Virus record (IMG/VR): IMGVR_UViG_3300021124_000016
Coordinates: 1 to 35,035 of that record
DNA: 35,035 nt
Strand: one strand, 5' to 3'
Source: a virus
Lineage: Duplodnaviria; Caudoviricetes
Position numbers and translations under genes: made by a program. The notes beneath the pieces were generated by a model. The model was not told where the DNA came from, made no database searches, and saw only the letters and a program-made list of their open reading frames with translations. Positions within the stretch are counted from its first letter, which is position 1. The number at the start of each line of letters is the position of its first letter. This document shows positions 14,759-25,002 of the stretch, one piece after another.

Positions 14759-16746
14759 TAATTCTCACCCTCGCTACCTTTTAAGTTCGCAGATACGATT
14801 ACACATTTAACAGGATCTGTAACCACGACTTCGTAGATACGATCTCTAGCTGTGCCTAATCTGCGCCAAATTGCACGATTCTTGTATTTGCCTTGTTGAC
14901 CTAATTTTTGCCAATATTCTTTTGACCAAGTAGAACCACCATCATTTGACCATCTAAGCATAGCTTGTGGGTTAGTCAATGTTGGGTTTGCATTGTTAGA
15001 TGTGCCTAAAACGTCAATAACTTGATAAGGAATTGTCAAAGTAGCGTTAGCACCAATGGTATAAGGTGTGCCAATATAGTTATAAGGATCTATTGAAAAG
15101 CCACTTATGCCTACGCCAGGCTGAAACTGGATCTGCAATTCGTCAAAATACTGACGTTGTAAATCAGTCAAAATATGGGGTGCTCTACGCAATCTGCGTA
15201 TTTCATCGCCATTGTCTGTGTAATTATTAGGATCTAACTCGTACAAGTTACCATTTTGGTAATCGCCTACGATGACAACATCATTGAATACAGCAGCGCA
15301 GTTAGAGCGATGACGATGATAGACGTTATTAGAATCAACATATAACCATTTATGCCATAACTGAGTGGTTGCATCATAAGCCCAAGTTATATCAATTGTA
15401 GGGAAAGTAACTACATATACTTCGTGACCTTCTAGCTGATATGTATAAGCAATAGCATCGTCAATCTTTTGATTTACTAGGGTATTTTCTACGGCATGGG
15501 TAGAAATACGAGTAGGCATATAGCCATTCATAATCATAATTTGCCCTTGACCTCGAATATTGCGAGATACATAAGCAAATGAATTAGCTACCCTAGCTAC
15601 TGATTGTGCTGCTGCAATACCATGCTGACTTGACGAACCAGGAATACGTTGGAAAGCAAATGGGAATGTACCTTGATCTGCCCATACTTCGCTAGACTTT
15701 TCGCCTAATAAATATACTTGACCGTGATCTGCGATTAACGATACAAGATTATCAGGGGCAGTAAACTTAGCGGCAAAGCTTAATGGCTGGGTAATAGGTG
15801 ATAAAACACCTGATGCTGCCCATTGCTGAGAATTAGGATAATTATAAATAAAGTAGTTATCTACAATATCAACTACGTTTGCACCTGTAAATGCGCCATC
15901 AGTTGTAGGCAAAGTAGCAAAGTTAAGCGCATACATTGTTTCAGAACTAATGGTTTGAGCTACAGGGTTTAATGTATAAGTTCCTGTGCCTCCTGTGCCT
16001 GTGCCTAATGCAGTAATAATGCTATTAGCAGCTATGCCTACACCTTGAATAGTCTGACCTACATATAACGTGCCAGAGCTTACTGCGCTGACAGTTAAAG
16101 TAGTTACTAATGTGCTTCCAGAGCCTGTATAAGCGATTGAGCCTGTAAAAATAGCTCCAGCAGCGCTTGTATTCATTGCTGTGCTTGTAACGGTTTGAGA
16201 TAGGTTTACAGTCCAACTAAAGCCACTACCGCCTGTAATAACAGTTTCAGGTGTAACTCCTACGCCAAATACTTGTTGACCTACTGCGACTGTGCCTTGA
16301 CTTAACTGAGTAATATTTAGCGTTGTGCCGCTAATTGAACCTTGAAAGTTTGCAGTTGCAGGCGTACCGATTTTGTAAGAATAACGATTTGCGCCATCTA
16401 CAATGTATACATATACACCATTATCTGTAAGGCTAACTGGGCCTGTGCTGGTTTGCAATTGACCAATTACAGATGGTTTTAGCGCAGAGTTTAATGAATA
16501 GACATAAGGGCCACAAACCGCTATCAATTGACTGCCACCAGAAATAGTGCGTAATCCTCTTACGGCTGCCTGTGCAGGCAATACAGCTTGCAAAGTTAAA
16601 CCAGGCGTAGGGTAAAGCGCTACAACACCACGTTCGCCTTGACCTTTTGTAGGATCAACTTCAGGCCTCCAATTGATACACTCTTGTGCATCTTGTGTGA
16701 TAGATGGTGCTGTATACGATGCGCCTACAAAGCCAAAGTCTGCCAT
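14758..16746 (-). CDS. packaged-DNA stabilisation / tail hub protein (P22 gp10-like)
   Basis: [27 protein letters not shown]...WRRLG motifs; 662 aa including insertions. Confidence 0.9.
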   Translation of the reverse strand: MADFGFVGASYTAPSITQDAQECINWRPEVDPTKGQGERGVVALYPTPGLTLQAVLPAQAAVRGLRTISGGSQLIAVCGPYVYSLNSALKPSVIGQLQTSTGPVSLTDNGVYVYIVDGANRYSYKIGTPATANFQGSISGTTLNITQLSQGTVAVGQQVFGVGVTPETVITGGSGFSWTVNLSQTVTSTAMNTSAAGAIFTGSIAYTGSGSTLVTTLTVSAVSSGTLYVGQTIQGVGIAANSIITALGTGTGGTGTYTLNPVAQTISSETMYALNFATLPTTDGAFTGANVVDIVDNYFIYNYPNSQQWAASGVLSPITQPLSFAAKFTAPDNLVSLIADHGQVYLLGEKSSEVWADQGTFPFAFQRIPGSSSQHGIAAAQSVARVANSFAYVSRNIRGQGQIMIMNGYMPTRISTHAVENTLVNQKIDDAIAYTYQLEGHEVYVVTFPTIDITWAYDATTQLWHKWLYVDSNNVYHRHRSNCAAVFNDVVIVGDYQNGNLYELDPNNYTDNGDEIRRLRRAPHILTDLQRQYFDELQIQFQPGVGISGFSIDPYNYIGTPYTIGANATLTIPYQVIDVLGTSNNANPTLTNPQAMLRWSNDGGSTWSKEYWQKLGQQGKYKNRAIWRRLGTARDRIYEVVVTDPVKCVIVSANLKGSEGEN

Positions 16747-17717
16747 TATCTAAAGAACCCCCCGCTCAAGATCCAGCCTGCGTCCTTTTGCCTACTTGAC
16801 AACATAGCATCAGCAAAACGAGCAGATTGAACAGGGCGCATATTAGTGCGTTTAATAGTCGCTTTAGCTTGTGCAGCATAAGCGTTAATCATTGAGATTT
16901 GAGTCTGTGAGGCTTTACCATACATCGGCATTAAGCGTTCTGCCAAACACCAGCGCATTGCCATGTTATAACCTTGTGGTAACGGAATATCGTCAGTCAA
17001 AGTTAAGAACGTGGTAAATACGGTGTCTGCAAACATGTGCATTTCACCTTGGGCTGGATTAGGCCATACATAAATGTTACCTAATACTTCTGATGGCTGG
17101 TAATACAACGCTTTAGGCCAAGGGCCATTTATCGTCTTTAAACCAATCATTTCGTAATCTTCTACATTCAAAATGGATACAGGATAGTCCAAACCACCAT
17201 TTACGATAGGTACGCCATTTGAATTGGTGTTAATGCGAACAAATGAAGAATAGATTGATAATGGGCGCTGATAATATAAAGTAATAGTAGTAGAGGCAAC
17301 AGTTTGTGGAAAGTTAACCTTATAAGTTCCTGCTTCATTAACATTATTGCCTGCTCCTGTTAAAAAGCCTGTAATCGTAGTGCCAGGTGTAATGCCTGTA
17401 CCACTTAGGGTTTGCCCTAATACAATAGCTCCTGAGTTTATCCCAGTTACAGTCAGAATATTGCCTGAAATTGATCCTGTGATGCTAGCGTTGATGTTGC
17501 CGCCTGGCCCAATCGTATATTGTGTTTGCCCTGCAACAATCGGAAATACAATCTCAGACTTATAAAATACCATCATGTCCTCGTTAGACCATTGATCTAA
17601 CAAGTCGTTAAGCATATCAAAAGCATCTTGAGCAGCTTCAGGAGTTGGGGTTTCTCCTGCCTCTAGCGCACCGATGTCTTTTAACGCTCTACTGATAATG
17701 TCTATGGGTTTTGCCAT
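16746..17717 (-). CDS. head-tail adaptor (P22 gp4-like)
   Basis: [11 protein letters not shown]...GETP...LNDLLDQW; [18 protein letters not shown]. Confidence 0.85.
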   Translation of the reverse strand: MAKPIDIISRALKDIGALEAGETPTPEAAQDAFDMLNDLLDQWSNEDMMVFYKSEIVFPIVAGQTQYTIGPGGNINASITGSISGNILTVTGINSGAIVLGQTLSGTGITPGTTITGFLTGAGNNVNEAGTYKVNFPQTVASTTITLYYQRPLSIYSSFVRINTNSNGVPIVNGGLDYPVSILNVEDYEMIGLKTINGPWPKALYYQPSEVLGNIYVWPNPAQGEMHMFADTVFTTFLTLTDDIPLPQGYNMAMRWCLAERLMPMYGKASQTQISMINAYAAQAKATIKRTNMRPVQSARFADAMLSSRQKDAGWILSGGFFR

Positions 17718-17724
17718 GTTTTAC

Positions 17725-18042
17725 TCAAATAGTTGGTTTAAAGACAGGTGGATTCCAAGGCAAATAAGACTTATTGCTGTTTTTTAAGCTTGCAATTTGC
17801 TTATCTAACCCTGATTTTATCGTGCTTACGCCATCTTGGATAGACTCTTTTTCAATCCATTGGGCAATATCTTGCTCTTGCACTTGGTCAAAAGGCTTTT
17901 TAACGATCTTATCTGAGAACCACCAATTACCCTCAGTTTCTACGCTGACATCTTCATCTGTGGCTGTGACGTGATATTTAGCGTGAAGAATAATGCCATC
18001 TTCAGCGCTAATTTCACTAATTTTCCATTGATAAACGGTCAT
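17725..18042 (-). CDS. fibre-associated hypothetical protein (possible chaperone)
   Basis: 105 aa directly after a fibre gene; ends LPW. Confidence 0.6.
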   Translation of the reverse strand: MTVYQWKISEISAEDGIILHAKYHVTATDEDVSVETEGNWWFSDKIVKKPFDQVQEQDIAQWIEKESIQDGVSTIKSGLDKQIASLKNSNKSYLPWNPPVFKPTI

Positions 18043-19154
18043 CCTGTGTAAGTTCCTGATGAAGTAAATTTCAAAATAGTATTAGATCCTGAAGTTGTGA
18101 TAGTTGGGCTTCCTGTATATGTTCCTGAATAACTTGCAGTAGGAATAGAAAGAACACAAAGACCTGAACCACCAGCGCCACCAGCAGAATTATTAAAACC
18201 ACCGCCCCCTCCACCGCCACCTGTATTAACAGTTCCAGCAGTTCCATTTGTGCCATTATCTCCAGCCGCACCACCGCCACCACTACCACCGCTTCCGTTT
18301 GTGCCACCTATACGGCTATCGCTTGCGCCACCGCCACCGCCAGCATAATAAAGAACTGATCCAGTAATTGAAGATGAATATCCTGCTCCACCATTACCAC
18401 CATTTGTTGTAGTAGAGTCTGAACCAACAGCGCCAGCACCACCACCACCACCCCCAACAGCATAAGAACCGCCAACAGAATATCCAGCGCCACCATTGTT
18501 TCCTTGACCGCCCGTTCCACTACCTCCAGGGCCACCACCGCCACCTCCACCGCCTGAACCTCCACTAGCAGAGCTTCCAGCGCCTGAACCAGCGCCACCA
18601 CCTATAGCAACAGCTATTCCTGAAATAGATGAATTAGCGCCTTGATTTCCGTTTGTTTGAGCATTTACAGCGCCACCAGCACCAATAGTAATTGTGTATA
18701 CAGTAGATGGAATCGCAGAATAAGTGGAGGCAATTAATCCTCCAGCTCCCGCACCGCCTCCTGAAGCAATATAACCACCACCAGAACCGCCACCAGCAAT
18801 TAATAAATAAGTAACCACATAATTTGTTTCAGTAGTGGTATTAAATTTAATCCATTGACCAGATTGATAACCTTCGTAAAAACCACCACCATCGGTGTTG
18901 TAACGAATTAAACCAGCAGTAGGACTTGCTGTTCTTTGTGCTGTATTTCCTACAGGAAGATAAGCTTGTCCTGTGCCACTAAAAGTAGGAGTTCCAGTTA
19001 CTGTTAAATTGGTAACAGATAAGTTATTAGATGTATCTTGAACTAAAAGTGTTCCATTAGTTGCAGGAACGCTTAAATTAATTGTGCTTGCAGTATTAGC
19101 CCCTGTAAGGGTAATTGTGCCGCCTGCGTTTGCTTGAAAGACTAATTGACTCAT
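18039..19154 (-). CDS. Gly-rich fibre / receptor-binding protein 2
   Basis: LPVGNTAQR...GLIRYN, then YLLIAGGG poly-Gly domain ending FTSSGTYTG; start at ATGA overlap 19154. Confidence 0.8.
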   Translation of the reverse strand: MSQLVFQANAGGTITLTGANTASTINLSVPATNGTLLVQDTSNNLSVTNLTVTGTPTFSGTGQAYLPVGNTAQRTASPTAGLIRYNTDGGGFYEGYQSGQWIKFNTTTETNYVVTYLLIAGGGSGGGYIASGGGAGAGGLIASTYSAIPSTVYTITIGAGGAVNAQTNGNQGANSSISGIAVAIGGGAGSGAGSSASGGSGGGGGGGGPGGSGTGGQGNNGGAGYSVGGSYAVGGGGGGAGAVGSDSTTTNGGNGGAGYSSSITGSVLYYAGGGGGASDSRIGGTNGSGGSGGGGAAGDNGTNGTAGTVNTGGGGGGGGFNNSAGGAGGSGLCVLSIPTASYSGTYTGSPTITTSGSNTILKFTSSGTYTG

Positions 19155-19492
19155 AGAGCTACCCAAGATTTAGTTGTTTCATCCCATCTGTAAGGCTTAT
19201 CTGTAGGCATAACTACAGGCGCTTCCCATGTCCAAGTGGATTGGTTTAATGTCCAACTAGGATATGGTTGTGGCGCATAGAAAACATCATTAGCTTGGTT
19301 ATATGTATAACCAATACCAGCATAGTTGCCACGCAAAGGTGTGCCGCCATTTGTATGTTGACCGCCAATAGTGTTATAGCTGGTTTGAATCCAAGAACCA
19401 GGGCTTGAATCAACAAATGTGTTAAAAAAATCGGCTTCAGCCACAATTACTTGCGTAACTTTGCCATCTACTACTTTTGCATAATGTGACAT
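19151..19492 (-). CDS. fibre-associated protein
   Basis: MSHYAKV...WIQTSYNT...RGNYAGIGYTY...WEAP; lies between the two Gly-rich fibre genes. Confidence 0.7.
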   Translation of the reverse strand: MSHYAKVVDGKVTQVIVAEADFFNTFVDSSPGSWIQTSYNTIGGQHTNGGTPLRGNYAGIGYTYNQANDVFYAPQPYPSWTLNQSTWTWEAPVVMPTDKPYRWDETTKSWVAL

Positions 19493-19505
19493 TTAAATCT
19501 CCGTT

Positions 19506-22500
19506 TTAAGCTGTATAAGTACCACTAGAAGTGAAAGTATGAATAAAATAACCACCGCCTGAAGTAACTGTTCCTCCAGTACCTTTTTGAGTGGCAGATA
19601 AATATCGAATAATGACGATACCAGAACCTCCAGAACCGTTACTTGTTCCTCCACCACCGCCACCGCCAGTATTAACTGTGCCTGATGTTCCAGCCGCTAT
19701 AGATCCACCAGCACCGCCACCTCCGTTACCGCCAGCCGCACCAGTTCCAGTATTTGAGCCACCACCACCACCACCAGCATAATAAACAGTTGAGCCAGAA
19801 TAAGCATTTGTAGCACCTACACCACCAGCACCACCAGAGTTTGTTGATGTTGATGAACCAACTGCACCAGCGCCACCACCACCGCCACCTGATGTATAAG
19901 CGCTAACGCCATCTCCACCAAAACCTCCATTATTTCCTTGACCGCTAGTTCCAGATCCTACTGTTCCACCATTGGCTGCTGAAAAACCAGTACCACCACC
20001 TGAACCACCATTTCCACCTGATTTTGAGCCTGTGTTTCCACCGCCACCGCCTGTTGCTGTAAATGAAAATCCAGTAGTATTATTTCCATTTGTTTGACTT
20101 CCGCCACCAGCGCCAATAACAATAGAATAAGCAGTTCCTGAGCTTACAGAAGTTGCGGCTTGAACCAACATTCCCCCTGCGCCACCACCAGCATAATTTC
20201 CACCGCCACCACCACCAGCTACAAGCAAAATATCAGCAGAATATGTTTGAGTTGTAATTTGTATCCAAGCAATCCCTGAATAAATTTCAGTTTGATTTAA
20301 AGTGCTGTTATAACGAATTTGTCCAGCTACAGGGCTTGCTGGTCTTTGTGCAGTAGTGCCAGTAGGTACAGTTAAAGCACCAGTTGCACCACTTAAATCT
20401 AATATTCCTAAACTAGGATTCCATTTAAGTTCTGTAGAACTTGTATAAATTGTTGATAAAGAGCCAGATGTTGTAGAAGTGAAATTAAGATAACGAGTTG
20501 CATTTGTTGTAGTGTCATCTGTAATGGTTACACCACCACTTGCTGATGCCGCCCAAGTTGGTACACCAGCAGCTAGGGTTAAAACATAACCGTTAGTACC
20601 AGCAGCAAGGAAAGTGGTTGCTCCTGATCCAGTTTGATAAGGAACGCTACCATTAGCACCGCCAGCCAAGTTTGTTGCTGTTGTGGCAGATGTCGCAGAA
20701 GTGGCTGAAGTCGCTGTTGCAGCATTACCGCCAATACTTAGACTTGATGCAGTTCCTGTTAACCCTGTGCCTGCTCCGCTAAACGAGGTAGACGTAAATA
20801 CGCCTGTGCTAGGGTTATATTGGAGCTTAGTAGAGCTTGTATATTCTGTCGATAAACTTCCACTTGTTTGATTAGCAAACAAAGGATAACGAGTTGCATT
20901 TGTAGTGGTGTCATCGGTTACGCTCGCATAACTTACAGGAGTTGTCCAAGTAGGTACGCTTGTACCGTTACTGGTTAAAACCTGACCTGTCGTGCCAGCA
21001 GCCGTAAATCCTGTTGTATTTGCAGCCGATTGCCAAGGAATTGCCCCTGCTACGCCACCAGCCAAATTAGTAGAAGTTGTTGCTGTGCTTGCAGAGCCTA
21101 CAGATAATGTGCTTTGAGCTACATATTGCGGTGCAGATGCGCCAGCAGTTAAAACATAGTTTGTAGTACCTAAACTGAGAAATGTTGTAGCGCCTGATCC
21201 TGATTGATACGCAATACCGCCAGCAGTACCGCCTGACAGATTAGTAGCTGTTGTAGCGCTAGTTACTGCGCCACTTACGATAGATCCTGAAATTGAAGTA
21301 ATCCAACTAGGATTTGAATAACTACCAGTTGTATATACACCGTTTGTGACCGTTCCAGCATTGCCTGTAACGCTGATGCCCCATGTGCCACTTGCACCTG
21401 TTCCTGTTGTGCTAGGAGCGCCTAAAGTGTTGTATGAAACAGTTAACGCAGATGCGCCATTAAAAGTTGACCCAGATGCTCCACCAGTACCACCATTATT
21501 AAATGTAAGACTGTTAGTTACAGATCCTGCGCTTGTAGCTGATGTTGCAGTTGCAGCATTTCCACCAATAGATAAACCACTTGCCGTGCCTGTTAAGCCA
21601 GTACCAGCACCACTAAATTGTGTTGTGGCAGTAATAGTAGTGCCAGAAATAGTAGAAGCAGCAGAAGCTCCAATAGTCGTACCATTAATTGATCCCCCTG
21701 TTATTGCTACGCTATTAGCGTTTTGTGTAGACATTGTGCCAAGACCACTAACTTGGGTATTGGCAATAGCAATAGATGTATTAGTAGCGCTAGTTATTTG
21801 GCCTTGTGCATTTACAGCGATTACAGGAACTGCGCTTGCAGAACCATAAGTAGATGCAGAAACACCTGTATTGGTAATGCTAAATTGATTAGCAGTTAGG
21901 GTTAACCCTGTGCCAGCAGTATATGCGCCAGCAGAGCCAAACTGAACAAAAGTAATAGGGGTGACATTTAATGTGCCGCCAGGATCGCTAGTGCAGACCC
22001 AAGATGTATCAGCCCAAGTTGTGCCTTGCATAACAAACATATAAGCAGATGGAACTTCTGCCCATGTATCCATATCAGGCGCTCTAGTCCATGCGCTTGC
22101 AGATGCTATGTAAATGCCGTTATATTGGCTTAAAGACTGGTTTTTAACGAGTATTCGATCACCAGCTAGGGTTGTATACCCATCAATCGTTTGAAGCCCT
22201 GAGAGCGTGATATTAGCCGTTGTAGCGGCAATTACAGCAGCTTTGGCGTTTAGACCTTGAACAAAGTTATCAACATATGATTTGTTGGTAATGTCTAATC
22301 CATTAACAGGAGTTGTGCTAATCGTTCCTGTAGTCGTTGTTAAGCTTGTAAATGTGCCTGCTGCTGGGGTTGTGCCGCCAATAACTGTGCTATCAACGGT
22401 GCTATTGGTAATGGTTAACCCTGATTGAACAGGATTAATTGAAGCATAAAAGGGCTTATTCTGGCCTATAAAGGTTTGAAAGTTCCCTTGTAGGTCAAAA

Positions 22501-22556
22501 TAAGCCTGTACAGGCAGTAAGTTTTGATCCTGCGTTAATGCTGGCCCAGTAGCCAT
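19506..22556 (-). CDS. long Ser/Thr/Gly-rich fibre protein 1
   Basis: 1016 aa; NKSYVD, ATTANITLSGLQTIDG...RILVKNQ module, internal repeats (TDDTTTNATRY x2; ATNL.GG), Gly-rich C-terminal domain. Confidence 0.85.
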   Translation of the reverse strand: MATGPALTQDQNLLPVQAYFDLQGNFQTFIGQNKPFYASINPVQSGLTITNSTVDSTVIGGTTPAAGTFTSLTTTTGTISTTPVNGLDITNKSYVDNFVQGLNAKAAVIAATTANITLSGLQTIDGYTTLAGDRILVKNQSLSQYNGIYIASASAWTRAPDMDTWAEVPSAYMFVMQGTTWADTSWVCTSDPGGTLNVTPITFVQFGSAGAYTAGTGLTLTANQFSITNTGVSASTYGSASAVPVIAVNAQGQITSATNTSIAIANTQVSGLGTMSTQNANSVAITGGSINGTTIGASAASTISGTTITATTQFSGAGTGLTGTASGLSIGGNAATATSATSAGSVTNSLTFNNGGTGGASGSTFNGASALTVSYNTLGAPSTTGTGASGTWGISVTGNAGTVTNGVYTTGSYSNPSWITSISGSIVSGAVTSATTATNLSGGTAGGIAYQSGSGATTFLSLGTTNYVLTAGASAPQYVAQSTLSVGSASTATTSTNLAGGVAGAIPWQSAANTTGFTAAGTTGQVLTSNGTSVPTWTTPVSYASVTDDTTTNATRYPLFANQTSGSLSTEYTSSTKLQYNPSTGVFTSTSFSGAGTGLTGTASSLSIGGNAATATSATSATSATTATNLAGGANGSVPYQTGSGATTFLAAGTNGYVLTLAAGVPTWAASASGGVTITDDTTTNATRYLNFTSTTSGSLSTIYTSSTELKWNPSLGILDLSGATGALTVPTGTTAQRPASPVAGQIRYNSTLNQTEIYSGIAWIQITTQTYSADILLVAGGGGGGNYAGGGAGGMLVQAATSVSSGTAYSIVIGAGGGSQTNGNNTTGFSFTATGGGGGNTGSKSGGNGGSGGGTGFSAANGGTVGSGTSGQGNNGGFGGDGVSAYTSGGGGGGAGAVGSSTSTNSGGAGGVGATNAYSGSTVYYAGGGGGGSNTGTGAAGGNGGGGAGGSIAAGTSGTVNTGGGGGGGTSNGSGGSGIVIIRYLSATQKGTGGTVTSGGGYFIHTFTSSGTYTA

Positions 22557-22565
22557 AATTTACCC

Positions 22566-23057
22566 TTAGTAGGCTATTGCATTAACTAGAATTACATCTC
22601 CAGCAGACATATTTGCAGCAGCACCAGTTGTTACAGAATAGCTAGTAAATGTTACTGAAGTTGTTGTGCTTCCTGTTAATTGCAAGAATAAAGTAGATCC
22701 GCTTGTAACATCTGCTGCAAAAGCTAACCATCCATTAGGAGCTGTAGGAAGCGTAATTGTTCCGTTTGCTGCACCACCTGTACCAACTACAATTTTGAAC
22801 ACAAATGTGCTAACTGCTGTAATTGTTGGGCCTGTGCCAAATCCAGAACCAATAGTAGGCAATGTATTAGAAGTAGCAATTAAATTGCCACCCATAGACA
22901 AAGTTGCTGGGTTTTCAGTATTGCCTGTTAATGGAGGTGAAAATACAACTCCACCAGGGCCAATTAAACCTGTGCATACACCAACAGAGTTAAATTGAGC
23001 CTGAACAGGAACTATATTAGTTGTCGAGGTTGATGCTACTGCATTGGTGTATGACAT
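22566..23057 (-). CDS. putative virion structural protein
   Basis: Thr/Gly-rich, beta-type composition; N-terminal motif shared with fibre 1. Confidence 0.65.
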   Translation of the reverse strand: MSYTNAVASTSTTNIVPVQAQFNSVGVCTGLIGPGGVVFSPPLTGNTENPATLSMGGNLIATSNTLPTIGSGFGTGPTITAVSTFVFKIVVGTGGAANGTITLPTAPNGWLAFAADVTSGSTLFLQLTGSTTTSVTFTSYSVTTGAAANMSAGDVILVNAIAY

Positions 23058-23065
23058 GATTTTCC

Positions 23066-23419
23066 TTAGTTTTGATCTACCATTGGCATAACATATAGCG
23101 TACCGCTTGTTCCAATTGCTGTAATTGCAAAGCTAGGAGGCACAGCAATCACAGTAGGTTGGGACATAGATACGCCCAATACAAAGCTTTGACTGCTTGA
23201 ACCGCCTGCTGGCAATACTGCGGCAGGAGCTGTTGTTGTCGTGCCTGCAATAGCAGGAGCAATCGTGATAGCTACAGGGTTAGCGCCAGTATTTAAAAAG
23301 CCACAAAAGTTAGGTTGGTCATTACCGTTAGGAGTAATTGTTACAGAAGTAGAAGATGTGCCACTAACAGTAATGGCTGTTGTAGGGCCTACAAAACGAT
23401 AAGCTGATACGTTAGCCAT
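23066..23419 (-). CDS. putative virion structural protein
   Basis: 117 aa, nearly uncharged, AAGGA RBS. Confidence 0.65.
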   Translation of the reverse strand: MANVSAYRFVGPTTAITVSGTSSTSVTITPNGNDQPNFCGFLNTGANPVAITIAPAIAGTTTTAPAAVLPAGGSSSQSFVLGVSMSQPTVIAVPPSFAITAIGTSGTLYVMPMVDQN

Positions 23420-23428
23420 GATTTATCC

Positions 23429-23755
23429 TTAAACAGCAGTAGTAGGTGCTGGGCCTTCTAAACGAGTAATTTGAATAGCGTATGCGCCAGAAGCAGGAGT
23501 AGCAGTAGCAGTTGCTACGTTAGCAAACTGAATTGACAATACGCCAGCAGTTAAGCAATCAGCTTCAGCAATTACGATACCAGCAGTTTGTGAGCCGTTA
23601 TAGCCTTGAACCAATACAAAATCGGTAGTTTGGAGGCCGCCAACGCTAAAAGTCTGTGCAGCAGATGTATTTGGAGCTACAGCAGCAGGGGTAATTGATG
23701 GGGCAATGTAAAAAGTTTCGTGGGAATTACCACGAGTAACAGTAGTGCTAGACAT
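23429..23755 (-). CDS. putative virion structural/decoration protein
   Basis: AAGGA RBS before MSSTTVTRGN; ITPAAVAPNTSAAQTFSVGGL. Confidence 0.65.
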   Translation of the reverse strand: MSSTTVTRGNSHETFYIAPSITPAAVAPNTSAAQTFSVGGLQTTDFVLVQGYNGSQTAGIVIAEADCLTAGVLSIQFANVATATATPASGAYAIQITRLEGPAPTTAV

Positions 23756-23794
23756 ATTTTTTCCTTTGCAAAGGGGTTTGTTGTAAATCTGCAA

Positions 23795-24475
23795 CTATTT
23801 TACATTGTTTTCTTGTTCTCTCAAGTGTTTTCCAACAGTTCCTACAAAAGATTTATAGCCAATATGACCCATCTCTATTTCAAAATCTGCCCATACTTGA
23901 CCGCCTATATCAATCCATCTTTGACAAAAGCTAAAGTCCTCACTTAAACGATTTCCATCAGGGGTTTGATATGGATCAAATAAAGGCCAAAACTGGGTAT
24001 TTTCGCTAACGCTACGCAATGTCTGACGAGGATATGCCTCAATCATCTTTTCAGCGCAATTACGGGTTACCTTCATAAAACCACCAGGCAAGCCAATCAC
24101 CTCCATTAGTCCCGTTTTGGGATCTACTCTATATTCGTCTTTAATGCCAATTTTGAAAGGCCATTCAAGCGGATCACGCTTCTTAGGGTAAATACCACCT
24201 ACGACATCAACAGGATGGTCAATTAACTTAATAAGTGAACCTGGAGTCCAAAATACATCATCATCAATAAATACAAGGGTATCGGCTTTAGAACGTACAA
24301 AAGCGCCAAATAAAGCTCCTCTCGAGCCTGCAATATCGCTATTTCCTATATCTTCGGCAATAGAAAACTTATCGCCACGCCCAATAATATTGATGGCATC
24401 GAGCAAAATAGCTCGCATAGTCGGAAAATGTACCTTTGCTGAATAGCAAGGCATTGCAATCATTACATTCTTCAT
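23795..24475 (-). CDS. GT-A fold (GT2-like) glycosyltransferase
   Basis: VMIAMPCY strand 1, FIDDDV DxD motif, GGFM, SEDFSFC, GHIG. Confidence 0.85.
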   Translation of the reverse strand: MKNVMIAMPCYSAKVHFPTMRAILLDAINIIGRGDKFSIAEDIGNSDIAGSRGALFGAFVRSKADTLVFIDDDVFWTPGSLIKLIDHPVDVVGGIYPKKRDPLEWPFKIGIKDEYRVDPKTGLMEVIGLPGGFMKVTRNCAEKMIEAYPRQTLRSVSENTQFWPLFDPYQTPDGNRLSEDFSFCQRWIDIGGQVWADFEIEMGHIGYKSFVGTVGKHLREQENNVK

Positions 24476-24493
24476 AAGATCCCCTTAGATGAT

Positions 24494-24520
24494 AAAAACC
24501 CACCCTTTTTAGGGGGTGGG
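24494..24520 (-). terminator. intrinsic terminator after the coat and decoration genes
   Basis: Minus strand CCCACCC-8 nt-GGGTGGG followed by TTTTT. Confidence 0.85.
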
Positions 24521-24538
24521 CTTCTATTTTACAACAGA

Positions 24539-24976
24539 TTACTGTGCTGACAAGTCGTAACCGTATACATAAACGTCAATCGTACCAGTTGCGGTAGATG
24601 AAGAAATGTTTACATACAAAGTTTGTGAACTTGTTGCACTAGCTGACAAGGTAGCAGGCTGCACAGAAGCGTTAGCAACAGTAGTGTTAGTTGCCAAAGC
24701 TGCCTTTGTGTAGATTGCTGTACCTGTAGCGCCTAAAGCCTGATACACACCTAGGTAAATGCTAGAAATGCCAGAAACTGCTGCACCAGCGTTATTAGCG
24801 TTAGCTGTAATAACTGAAACTGGAACGTAGTTAGTAACATCAATTACGTTTACTGCGGTATCACCTGAATTAGATAAGCTAACAGCTTGAGCAGTTGCGA
24901 TCAAACGCAATGCTTGGTTAGAACCTAATACTTGTGGGTGAATCGAGGTTGTGACTGCTGGTCCTGGATTAGACAT
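24539..24976 (-). CDS. putative capsid decoration protein
   Basis: Between coat gene and terminator; AAGGA RBS; Ala/Thr/Ser-rich. Confidence 0.7.
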   Translation of the reverse strand: MSNPGPAVTTSIHPQVLGSNQALRLIATAQAVSLSNSGDTAVNVIDVTNYVPVSVITANANNAGAAVSGISSIYLGVYQALGATGTAIYTKAALATNTTVANASVQPATLSASATSSQTLYVNISSSTATGTIDVYVYGYDLSAQ

Positions 24977-25002
24977 ATAGTTTCCTTTCGTTATCCGTTA
25001 AA

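Noticed and set aside
18039-20400. Diversity-generating retroelement or invertible tip system between the two fibre ends
   Set aside because: No reverse transcriptase or invertase recognised, and similarity is at protein level rather than a near-identical template/variable repeat pair.
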